In this document: positions 47,604-56,628 of the stretch, piece after piece
Layout: each line of letters opens with the position of its first letter
Position numbering within the stretch: position 1 is the first letter of the stretch
Source of the DNA: Burkholderiales bacterium
Lineage (GTDB): Bacteria; Pseudomonadota; Gammaproteobacteria; Burkholderiales; SHXO01
NCBI GenBank assembly: GCA_035501875.1
Contig: DATJVI010000103.1
Coordinates: forward strand, 23,820-87,819
Direction: 5' to 3'
DNA: 64,000 nucleotides
Program-made: the position numbers and the translations under genes
The notes under the pieces: model-generated
Told to the model about the DNA's origin: nothing
The model's input: only the letters and a program-made list of their open reading frames with translations
Databases searched by the model: none

Positions 47604-48513
47604 CGCGATCCAGCTTCCGTTCGGCCGCACTGAGCCGCTCGGCGCATTCCGACCGCTGGACGCGCTCATCGCCGGCTACGTGGTCATCGCGGCAATACCG
47701 CTCGCGCTGGGCACGGCGCGGGGTGTTTCAGGTTGCACAGGTCAGCTGTTCGTCAACCTTGCAATCCTCGCAGGAACCGCATTGATCTGCGCGCTGACTC
47801 GCCGCTCGCGGTCATGGCCTCTGCTGTTGCTCCGGCTCGCATATGTTCCGCTGCTGTTCGCCGTTTTGTATCGCCAGACCGCTGTCATATGGCCCGTGCT
47901 GCACGAGCAACCTTTCGACGCAGGCCTGGTTCGGCTCGAACAGGCACTGTGGGGCACCCAGCCGTCGCTCGCGTTCGCGCAGGTTGCGCCCTGGCCTTGG
48001 CTCTCGGAGCTCTTCTGCGCGGCCTATTACGCGTACTACTACTTCATTCCCGCGCTGCTCTTCACCGTGCTGCTCACGCGCGGCTATGCACAGGCGGAGC
48101 GCGCCTTGTTCGCAACGGCGCTGTGCTTCTGCGGCTGTTACACGCTGTTCTGGCTGTTCCCCGTCGTCGGGCCGCACTATTGGTTCCCTCCGCACGTCGG
48201 CCCGCAGCTCTACAAGGGCTACGTCTTCAACCACCTCCTGTTCCTGTTCACGTCGTGGGGCGAGGTGCCGGCGGGCGCCTTTCCTTCGTCGCACGTCGCC
48301 GTCGCGCTCGTGCTGACGTTGCAAGCCCGCCACCTCGCACCGCGCCTGTTTCCGTTCATGCTGACCGTGACGCTGCTGCTTTGTGCGGCCGTCGTCTACG
48401 TGAAGGCGCACTACCTCGTCGACGTGCCGGCCGGAATTCTGACGGGACTCCTCGTCAACGCCGTCGTGGACGGCGTCTCTCGGCGCCGCTCGGGTCAAGC
48501 CTATCCTTCCTAG
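47590..48513 (+). CDS. PAP2 superfamily membrane protein (phosphatase / phosphotransferase type)
   Basis: About 307 aa from MAGSDAIQLPF; the start overlaps the epimerase 3' end by 14 nt. Polytopic. PAP2 C2/C3 motifs FPSSHVAVAL and AHYLVDVPAG. Confidence 0.75.
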   Translation: MAGSDAIQLPFGRTEPLGAFRPLDALIAGYVVIAAIPLALGTARGVSGCTGQLFVNLAILAGTALICALTRRSRSWPLLLLRLAYVPLLFAVLYRQTAVIWPVLHEQPFDAGLVRLEQALWGTQPSLAFAQVAPWPWLSELFCAAYYAYYYFIPALLFTVLLTRGYAQAERALFATALCFCGCYTLFWLFPVVGPHYWFPPHVGPQLYKGYVFNHLLFLFTSWGEVPAGAFPSSHVAVALVLTLQARHLAPRLFPFMLTVTLLLCAAVVYVKAHYLVDVPAGILTGLLVNAVVDGVSRRRSGQAYPS

Positions 48514-48632
48514 CTACGCGCCCCGCGCGCTGTCGCTGAGAGGCGGCTGACAGGTTCATCGCGGAGCTGCACCCCAACGCATCCGGGTGTGTAGAATGAG
48601 GCGCCAACAAACAACAAGCACTGCGCCCCGTC

Positions 48633-49286
48633 GTGGAGACCGTTGCCTGCCCCGGCTGCGACTTGGTCCAACGCATCCCGCCGCTCCCGCCTCGCGGCAA
48701 GGCGCGCTGCCCGCGGTGCGGCCACGTGCTGGCCACCCAGTCCTCGGATCCCCTCGACCGCCCGCTTGCCCTGACGATCGCCGCGCTCATCGTGTTCGTC
48801 ATCGTGAACACGACTCCCATGATGGGCCTCTCCGCTGTCGGGCGCGAAGCGAGCACGACTCTTCTGGGCGGGGCGCATCAGATGTGGCTGCAGGGACGCG
48901 AGATCACTGCCGCGGTGGTCGCCTTCTGCACGGTGATCGCGCCGGCGGTCTATCTGCTATGCATGCTCGCCGTCCTGCTCGCGGTGAGGCGCCCGCCTGC
49001 ACCAAAATGGGTCGGCGAGCTGCTGCGTTGGGCCCACTTCATGCGGCCGTGGTCGATGCACGAAGTGCTGATGCTGGGCGTCCTCGTGGCGCTGGTCAAG
49101 ATCGCGCAGCTGGCCACGGTGATCGCGGGCATTGGCATGTATGCGGTGTTCGTGCTCATCTTTCTGCTCGCCGCGATCGCGGTCAGCTTCGACTCGCGCG
49201 AGGTCTGGAACCGGGTGGAGTGGGTCGCGGACGAGCCGCGGCCGTTCAGGAGAGACGCAACCTCCGGTACGGAGGCGGCGCGATGA
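48633..49286 (+). CDS. pqiA: Paraquat-inducible protein A family, first half-gene
   Basis: 217 aa, GTG start. Zn-ribbon-like CPGCDLV...RCPRCGHVL followed by TM segments and RPWSMHEVLMLGVLVALVK. Confidence 0.8.
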   Translation: METVACPGCDLVQRIPPLPPRGKARCPRCGHVLATQSSDPLDRPLALTIAALIVFVIVNTTPMMGLSAVGREASTTLLGGAHQMWLQGREITAAVVAFCTVIAPAVYLLCMLAVLLAVRRPPAPKWVGELLRWAHFMRPWSMHEVLMLGVLVALVKIAQLATVIAGIGMYAVFVLIFLLAAIAVSFDSREVWNRVEWVADEPRPFRRDATSGTEAAR

Positions 49287-49924
49287 ACGGCAGCGCGCTC
49301 ACCGCGGCACAGGCAGGGCTCGTCTCTTGCGAAACCTGTGACCTGCTCTCTCGCGCCGCAACCCCGGCGCAGCCAGGCCATTGCCCGCGCTGCGGCGCGC
49401 CGCTCCAGTCGCGGCGCCATCAGTCCATCCAGTACACGTGGGCGCTGGTGATCGCGGCCGCGATCTTCTACGTCCCGGCCAACATGCTGCCGGTGCTCAC
49501 CACCAACACGCTGGGCTCCTCCGAGTCGGACACCATCATGTCCGGCGTCATCTACCTGTACACCTCGGGATCGTGGCCGCTGGCGCTGATCGTGTTGATC
49601 GCCAGCATCATGATCCCGATGGGAAAGATCGTCGCGCTCGCCTACCTGCTGATCACGGTCCAGCGCGGTTCGATCAAGAACAACCGCGACCGTTCGCGCT
49701 TGTATCGCCTCGTCGAGTTGATCGGGCGCTGGTCGATGCTGGACGTATTCGTCGACACGTTCGTGGTGGCGCTGGTCCAGCTCGAGCCGCTCATGTCGGT
49801 GCAGCCCGGCCCCGGGGTGCTCTTCTTCATGTCCGTGGTCGTGTTGACCATGCTCGCGGCGCAGTCCTTCGACCCGCGCCTGATCTGGGATGCCGGCCGG
49901 CGGCGGCAGGTGGGGCATGGCTGA
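49283..49924 (+). CDS. pqiA: Paraquat-inducible protein A family, second half-gene
   Basis: 213 aa from MNGSALTAAQ; ATGA overlap with the first half. CETCDLL...HCPRCGAPL, then GRWSMLDVFVDTFVVALVQ. Confidence 0.8.
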   Translation: MNGSALTAAQAGLVSCETCDLLSRAATPAQPGHCPRCGAPLQSRRHQSIQYTWALVIAAAIFYVPANMLPVLTTNTLGSSESDTIMSGVIYLYTSGSWPLALIVLIASIMIPMGKIVALAYLLITVQRGSIKNNRDRSRLYRLVELIGRWSMLDVFVDTFVVALVQLEPLMSVQPGPGVLFFMSVVVLTMLAAQSFDPRLIWDAGRRRQVGHG

Positions 49925-51602
49925 GGACAGCGGTCTCGCGAAGCTGCCGCAAGCCACGGTGGTGCCCGGGAAGCGCTTCCGGGTCTCGATCGTCTGGGCC
50001 ATTCCCGTCCTCGCGGCGGTGGTGGCGATCGGCATCGCGGTCCAGCGGATCTTGAGCGAGGGCCCGACCATCACCGTCGTCTTCAGGTCGGCCGAAGGCC
50101 TGGAGGCCGGCAAGAGCTTTATCAAGTACAAGGACGTGAACATCGGCCAGGTGACGGCCGTGCAGCTCGCCTCGGACTACTCCCAGGTGGAGATCAAGGC
50201 GAAGATCGCCAAGAGCGCGGCGGGTTTGATGGTCGAGGACGCGCGCTTTTGGGTGGTCAGGCCGCGCATCGCGTTGACCGGAGTATCCGGGCTGGGCACG
50301 CTGCTGTCGGGCAACTACATCGGCTTCGCGTCCGGCAAGTCCGACCAGCCGCGGCGCAGCTTCACCGGGCTCGAAGTGCCTCCGATCGTTACCGGTGGGC
50401 TTCCGGGGCGACAGTTCCTCTTGCGCGCCGAGACGCTGGGCTCACTGGGGATCGGCTCACCGATCTATTACCGCCGCCTGCCGGTGGGCGAGGTGGTCGC
50501 GTATGATCTCGCCGCCGACGGCAAGAACGTCGACATCAAGGTCTTCGTGCAGTCGCCCTATGACAAATACGTGAACCCCGGGACGCGCTTCTGGAACGCG
50601 AGCGGAATCGACGTCTCGCTCAACGCAAACGGGTTCGACGTACGCACCGAGTCGTTGGCGGCGCTGGTCGCGGGCGGCCTAGCGTTCGATACGCCGGTGT
50701 TCGCGCCGACGGCAGCGCCCGCTGCCGCGGATACGGCATTCACCCTGTACAGCACCCGGGCCGTCGCGATGAAACAACCGGAGACCGTGGCGAGACACTA
50801 TGTGCTCTACTTCAACGAGACGGTGCGAGGATTGTCGATCGGAGCGCCGGTGACGTTGTTCGGCATGCCCGTGGGCGAGGTCACGGACGTCGGCCTGAGC
50901 TTCGATCCAGGAACGCTGGACGTACATCCGCGCGTGGAGTTCACGTTCTACCCCGAGCGCATGGTCATGCGCCTGTCCGGGAGACAAGAGCTCGCAGCGC
51001 AGGCGTTGGCCGAGAGCTCCGAACAGAAGCGCCACGCGGTGCTGCGGCGCCTAGTGGAGGAGCGGGGACTGCGCGCGCAGCTCAAGAGCGGCAGCCTCAT
51101 CACCGGGCAGCTCTACGTCGCCTTCAACTTCTACCCGAACGCGCCGAGGGCGAAGATCGACTGGAACCGGGACGCGCCGGTGCTGCCCTCCGTCGAAAGC
51201 CTGATCCCCGATCTCGAAGCGAAGCTTCCCGAGATCGTCGACAAGATCAACAAGCTGCCGCTCCAGGCGATCGCCGAGGACCTGAAGAAGAACCTGGAGA
51301 CGCTCGACCAGACGCTGAAGAGCGCAAACAAGCTGGTGAGCCATGTCGACGCCGACGTGGTCCCCGAGCTCAAGGGAACGCTCGAAGAGGCGCGCCGTGC
51401 GATGGCCGCGGCCGAGCGCGTGATGAAAGGCGCGGAGAGCACACTGGTCGGCCCGAACGCGCCCACCCAGCAAGAGCTGCGCGATACCCTTCAGGAGGTG
51501 TCTCGGACCGCGCGTTCTCTGCGCGTGCTCACCGACTACCTGGAGCGCCATCCCGATTCCCTGATCCGCGGCAAGTCAGAGCAGAAGTTCGGAAGACAAT
51601 GA
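49917..51602 (+). CDS. pqiB: PqiB / MlaD-family (multi-MCE domain) intermembrane transport protein
   Basis: About 561 aa from MAEDSGLAKL; the start overlaps the pqiA2 stop. N-terminal TM helix. Repeated MCE domains (VKYKDVNIGQV..., YYRRLPVGEV..., LFGMPVGEV...). C-terminal coiled coil. Confidence 0.85.
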   Translation: MAEDSGLAKLPQATVVPGKRFRVSIVWAIPVLAAVVAIGIAVQRILSEGPTITVVFRSAEGLEAGKSFIKYKDVNIGQVTAVQLASDYSQVEIKAKIAKSAAGLMVEDARFWVVRPRIALTGVSGLGTLLSGNYIGFASGKSDQPRRSFTGLEVPPIVTGGLPGRQFLLRAETLGSLGIGSPIYYRRLPVGEVVAYDLAADGKNVDIKVFVQSPYDKYVNPGTRFWNASGIDVSLNANGFDVRTESLAALVAGGLAFDTPVFAPTAAPAAADTAFTLYSTRAVAMKQPETVARHYVLYFNETVRGLSIGAPVTLFGMPVGEVTDVGLSFDPGTLDVHPRVEFTFYPERMVMRLSGRQELAAQALAESSEQKRHAVLRRLVEERGLRAQLKSGSLITGQLYVAFNFYPNAPRAKIDWNRDAPVLPSVESLIPDLEAKLPEIVDKINKLPLQAIAEDLKKNLETLDQTLKSANKLVSHVDADVVPELKGTLEEARRAMAAAERVMKGAESTLVGPNAPTQQELRDTLQEVSRTARSLRVLTDYLERHPDSLIRGKSEQKFGRQ

Positions 51603-52192
51603 TGAGACGCCTTGCGTTCGTCATAGCGGTTTGCGCGCTCGTGTCGCTGAGCGCCGGATGCGCTTCCACGCCCCCGTCGCACTTCTACACGCTGAGTGCG
51701 ACAGCGACGCCGGTCACGACGAAGTCGAGCCTGTCCGTGGCGGTGGGCCCGGTATCGGTGCCCGCCGTGGTCGATCGTCCGGAGATCGTCGTGACTGCGG
51801 CCCCGAACCAAGTGTGGCTGGACGAGTTCAACCGCTGGGCCTCGCCGCTGCAGGACAACCTCTCGCGCGTCATCGCGGAAAATCTCGCCGCGCTGATGGG
51901 CACCCCGCACGTCACCCAGTTCCCGCAGCAGTTGAGCGCCGGCTCGGACTACCGCGTCGCGGTCGAGGTGCTGCGCTTCGAATCCGCCCCCGGCGAGGCG
52001 GCGACACTGGACGCGATATGGACCGTGCGCCGAACGCAGGACGGGAAGACGGAGACGGGACGCACCACCGCGCGCGAGCCCGCGCGCGAGAAGGGCTACG
52101 AGGCACTCGCCGCCGCGCACAGCCGCGCGGTCACGCGGCTGAGCCAGGACATCGCCGAACAGGTGCGAGTCCTCGACCGTCCCCAGCAGTGA
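51599..52192 (+). CDS. pqiC: PqiC-type ABC-transport auxiliary lipoprotein (DUF330)
   Basis: 197 aa. ATGA overlap with pqiB. Lipobox LSAGCAS. Confidence 0.75.
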   Translation: MMRRLAFVIAVCALVSLSAGCASTPPSHFYTLSATATPVTTKSSLSVAVGPVSVPAVVDRPEIVVTAAPNQVWLDEFNRWASPLQDNLSRVIAENLAALMGTPHVTQFPQQLSAGSDYRVAVEVLRFESAPGEAATLDAIWTVRRTQDGKTETGRTTAREPAREKGYEALAAAHSRAVTRLSQDIAEQVRVLDRPQQ

Positions 52193-52274
52193 CCGCGTCC
52201 CCTGTGGGCCGCAGATATCCGGGCTAGCTCAACCTGGAGCTCCGCTTTTTTCGGTTCAGCTCGGCGGCCCTCCC

Positions 52275-53606
52275 TCAACGCTCAGGTTTGAATGGCGCCG
52301 CGCGCAGGAGGCGGTTGCGCAGCGAGTCGTAGATCGGCTCGACGCCGAGCAGCGCCGGAACGATCATCGCGACGAAGCATGCTCCAAGCATGGGCAGCAG
52401 GAGCGTGAAGCTAGCGGTCAGCTCGGTGACCAGGACGATGCCGGTGAGGGGGGCGCGCACCACGGCACAGAAGAACGCGGCCATCGACACGATCGCCAGC
52501 TCGGTTGCGGATGGCATGAACGTGCCGAACAGCGGCGTGCACAGCAGGGCGAAGAGCACGCCCACCTGCGCACCGAGCACGAGCATCGGTGCAAACAGGC
52601 CGCCGGGCGTGCCCGCCGCGTAGGAAACGGCACCCAGCGCGAAGCGCAGGACGAACACGCCGGCAACCGCGATACCAGCCGCATTTGCGTCCAGCATCCG
52701 TTGCGTGACGCCTTCCCCGCCGCCGACGAGGCCCGGGGCGAACCAGCCGACGACACCCACACCAACCCCGATCACCGCAGCCCGCACATAGTGCGGCCAG
52801 CGCTCGAAGGCCGCAGCTGCGCGCAAGGCGGCGAGGATCGCGCCGCAGTAGAGCGCTCCGGACAGGCCCGCGACCAGGCCAAGCGCGATGTGCACCACCA
52901 GCGTGCCGGATCCCGGATAGCCTTGGGCCGGCACGTGGAAATCCGGAGCCTGCCCGAGCAGGACTCGGGCCACGGCGATCGCCGTGGCGGATGCACCGAG
53001 TGCCGCCACCGCGATGCGCGGCTCGAAGCGCCGCACCAGCTCCTCGAGCACGAACACTGCGCCCGCGATCGGTGCGTTGAATGCCGTTGCCAGTCCGGCC
53101 CCCGCCCCGGCGGCGATCAGCACGCGACAGTCGGTGGCGCTGCGGCGGAAGGCCTTGCCGAGGAGCTGGGCGATCGCCCCGCCCATCTGCACGCTCGGCC
53201 CTTCGCGCCCCAGCGCCAGCCCGCCCCCAATGGCGAGCGCACCGCCGATGAACTTCACCAGGATCAGCCGCAACGGCGACTCCGGAAGCTTCCCCGTGCC
53301 GATGATCACCTCGATCTGCGGGATCCCGCTCCCGGCCGAGTCTGGGGCAAACCGGCGGACCATCCAGGCGGCGAGCCCGGCCATCGATGCGGCCGCGCCG
53401 ACGACGAGTACGAATCCCAGAACAGCGTCGCCGTGCGCCCAATGGATGACGACGCCGCGCGCAGCTTCCATCGACTGCAACGTCAGACGGAACACGGCCC
53501 CCACCAGGCCAGCGCAGGCTCCGACGGCGAACGAAGTGAGCGCGAGGCCGATCAGGCCTGCACGCCCCTCATCGTCCGGGGCAGGTGGAGACGCCAGCAA
53601 AGACAA
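52275..53606 (-). CDS. clcA: ClC family H+/Cl- exchange transporter
   Basis: 443 aa. ClC selectivity motifs GSGIPQIE, GREGPSVQMGGAI, GGLFAPMLVLGA. Confidence 0.85.
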   Translation of the reverse strand: MSLLASPPAPDDEGRAGLIGLALTSFAVGACAGLVGAVFRLTLQSMEAARGVVIHWAHGDAVLGFVLVVGAAASMAGLAAWMVRRFAPDSAGSGIPQIEVIIGTGKLPESPLRLILVKFIGGALAIGGGLALGREGPSVQMGGAIAQLLGKAFRRSATDCRVLIAAGAGAGLATAFNAPIAGAVFVLEELVRRFEPRIAVAALGASATAIAVARVLLGQAPDFHVPAQGYPGSGTLVVHIALGLVAGLSGALYCGAILAALRAAAAFERWPHYVRAAVIGVGVGVVGWFAPGLVGGGEGVTQRMLDANAAGIAVAGVFVLRFALGAVSYAAGTPGGLFAPMLVLGAQVGVLFALLCTPLFGTFMPSATELAIVSMAAFFCAVVRAPLTGIVLVTELTASFTLLLPMLGACFVAMIVPALLGVEPIYDSLRNRLLRAAPFKPER

Positions 53607-53925
53607 TCCCTTCGTTCAAGAAGCGGCCATGCGCTAAAACATCCCCGACGTCGCCATACTGCCGATTCCGTACGGTAGCAGCAATCGGCTGAGCTCGACG
53701 CCGAAGTTGAACTAAGACAGTCCGAGCGGGATGCCGCTGCGCGGAAGGCCGATGTCCTTCAGGGCGCTGGCGAATCCGAACCCGTGCAGCAGACCAAAGC
53801 AGAACACCACCACCCATGGGCAACGCGCGGCCAAGCTTGGCTCGCCGCGCTGTACCTGACCTTAAGAAGCCGTACGGACCAGATCGCCGGCGGCCGGTGA
53901 TTCACCGATCGCCTCCCTGCCCCGC

Positions 53926-54955
53926 CTAGTGGCTCAGCGAGCTCACCGCCGCCTGCGCGTCCGCGCGCGGGCTTTGCTTGAGGTAGACAAGGATCGCATA
54001 GCGGGAGCCAGGGTCCCGAACCGCATTCGAGTGGAGCAGCTTCACGTACTCCGGCACGGCATCCCAATAGCCCCATTGCGCGAGGTCTGAGGCCACGAGG
54101 GCCGCCATGGGCTTGTGCTGTCGGATGAAGAACCGATAGGCCTGGATCACGCGCTGGCGCGGCACCGCGGCGTCGGCAGCGCCCTGAACGGAAAGCGCGA
54201 GCAGAACATTCTCCAGCTCGGGCAACGTACGGCTGGAATCGGCGAAATATCTCTTCTCGATCCACGACACGCGCGAGGGCCCGCGCAGCTCGAGATCGGC
54301 GGCGAGCATCGCCGCGAGATTCGCGTCGTTGTGCTGGAGCCAGGCGGCGTCGAGGCGCTGCTCGAGGTCCTCCGCGTCGCGCGCGCCGCCCGCAATCCCG
54401 AGCAGCAGGGTGTACACCTGCTGCCGGGAGGGGTCGTCGGTATGCCGGGCCAGCCTGTCGGCATCGAGCTTTGGCCTGAGGCTGCGCAGAGCAGGGTATG
54501 GCGCACGCGCAAGCTCGCCATAAGCCATGCCGGCAACGAGCGGCTCGGAGCTGTCTAGATAGGGCAGCGCGAGCGCCGCATGCTGCTGCCATTGCGCATC
54601 GGTCGCGTTGGAATCGGGAGTGGCGGCCGCCACCTTGCTCAGCCAATCGCCGTACTCGCTGCCGACGCTGCCCATGCTGAGCCACATCGGCGAGAGGGTG
54701 CTCTGGAGCATGAGAACCGGGCGAGCGCTGTGCATGGTCGCTGCGTCCACCCGATGCGTCTCCGCGGGGATGATTTCGCCGGCGGCGCCCCCGCCTTTGA
54801 TCACGGCGATGACCCGCAGTCGGCCGCCGTCCATCTCCGGCACGGCCAGCACTGCGCGGTCCGCCGCCATCATCTGTTGGGCGGGTGCGAGCTTCATCGC
54901 ACGCAAGCAGATCGGGCAGGCCGTGGCATCTATGCCGGCGACGAGCACCAGGACG
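53926..54955 (-). CDS. Hypothetical protein with N-terminal CPxC motif; 5' end unresolved or truncated
   Basis: Good GC3-rich coding frame (…VLVLVAGIDATACPICLRAMK…YAILVYLKQSPRADAQAAVSSLSH). The annotated ATG at 55020 lies inside DUF3604-homologous sequence, so the true start is unknown. No family recognised. Confidence 0.5.
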
Positions 54956-56523
54956 GCCGACCGGCGGCACCCTGCCCGTGTAGCGGTTCGGCTTGCGGTT
55001 GCCCGACCACACCACGTCATATACCTTCTCGAACGACTGGCCGTCTTGCGCCCAGCCCTTGACGATCTGGATGCGGTCGAGGTTGCCCGAGGTCGGGTCC
55101 TTTAACGCCCAGACCACGAACGAGGGCGCCTTCGCCTTCGGCTCGGGCAGATCGCCACCCATGGGCACGCCCTTCGCGTATCCGGTCTTGACCCAGTCCT
55201 TCTGCTTGGCGACCTCTGGAGCATATTCCCAGCCGCCGAAGAACCGGATGCGGATCTGCGGGCCGCTCGTGGCGAAGGTCTCCTTGCGCTGCATCGCTTC
55301 GAACAGCGAAGCGCGCGTGTTCTCCTCCGCCCACACGCCCGTGAGGCCGGCAGGGTTCTCGTAACGCGTGTCCAGGCCGGCGAAGAGCTGGCCGGACATG
55401 CGCGTCTGAACCAGGCCGTCCACGTGAGCGTGCCCGCCGAAGAAGTTCTGCTGGCGGTAGGGAACCGCCGTGTTGTGCGAGTCCGATCCGCCCACGACAT
55501 CCATCTTGTATGGGTTGTAACCGCGCGCGTGCTGCATGGCGATGCCGTCTTTGAGGGCCTGTCGCACGTAGCTCCCGGGGATGCTCGGGAACACTCCCGC
55601 GGGATCGGAGAGCAGGTAGGTCAGGACTTCATAGTTGGCGAATTCGTCGTTGGGCGACAGCAGCGGATGCGTCTCCGACGCCCCCTTGATCTGCTTGATC
55701 TCGGTGAGGCGCTCGTTGCGATCGCGCGCATCGGCCCAAACCTTGTCGATCGGCCGGCCTTTGAAGTCGACCTCCGTCGGATACATGATGCCGTTCGAGA
55801 GATTGGCGTTGTGCGAGATCGCGAGCAGCTCGTTGCCCGCCTTGCGCTGGCCGTCCATCCAGTCCCACAGGTCCTCGGGTGCCTGCGAATCGAGCGAGCT
55901 GAACGGCATCTGAGGCACCTTCGCACAATCCTTGAAGAACACGTTGCGGTGCATGTTCTGGGCGCGTGGAGTGGACGTCCACTCGTAGGAACAGAACGCC
56001 GTGAACTTGCCGGGCTGGTTCGCCGCATTGGCCGCATCGTTATTGCCTTCCACACCGTGCCCGCAACCTGCGGGTCGACCAGGGCTTTGATCGGCTGCAT
56101 CTTGACCATCGACTCGCCCAGCCAGAGGTAGATTCTCTGGATATCCGCCGGCGCCCTGACGATCAGCTCCTTGGCAATCGGCAGTTTGCTGATCGAGGAA
56201 CTCGGATCGTTGGACAATCGCACCACACCTGCATATTCGGAGTGATCGGTGACGCCCATCCGATCGAGCGGGGTGGTGATCTTGACGTCGTAGCCTAGAG
56301 GATGCTTGATCGTCTCGCCCTTCGCGTACTTGTAGGCATCGTCGGGCCCGGTCATGTGGTTGCCAAAGATGAATGCGTCGAACGACCAGCTCGTGTGCAC
56401 GTGCGTTTCGCCGAAGTAGGCGTCGCGCAGCGGGTTCTTCTCTGCGAATGCGGGTGATGCAGATCCCACGGCGAGGCCCATGCTTAGTAATCCGCCTGTT
56501 ACGACGATGAGTTTAGAACGCAT
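54956..56523 (-). pseudogene. DUF3604 domain protein, frameshifted and 3'-truncated
   Basis: N-terminal part is in ORF 55621..56523 (signal peptide, YFGETHVHTSWSFDAF). It continues in another frame in ORF 53759..56053 (GKFTAFCSYEWTS, GGSDSHN, IQIVKGWAQDGQSFEKVYDVVWSGNRKP). The frame switches near 56035..56050. Homology ends after ...RVPPVG at about 54956. Confidence 0.7.
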
Positions 56524-56628
56524 AGGTCACCTCTCCGGTTTTTGAACTAGTCGACTGGCGGCTCGGCGCGGGTGCAGGGATCATGGACATGAAGGTTCTG
56601 GCCCAATCCGCGCTCCAGGCAAGGCCCC

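Noticed and set aside
48587-49924. 445-aa plus-strand ORF.
   Set aside because: Its first ~230 codons are an alternate frame of pqiA half 1. Only the last 213 codons (from ATG 49283) are the second PqiA half.
53759-56053. 764-aa minus-strand ORF taken as one gene.
   Set aside because: It is a composite. DUF3604-homologous sequence occupies the first ~365 codons. After that the ORF reads through an alternate frame of the 53926..54955 gene as Arg-rich nonsense.
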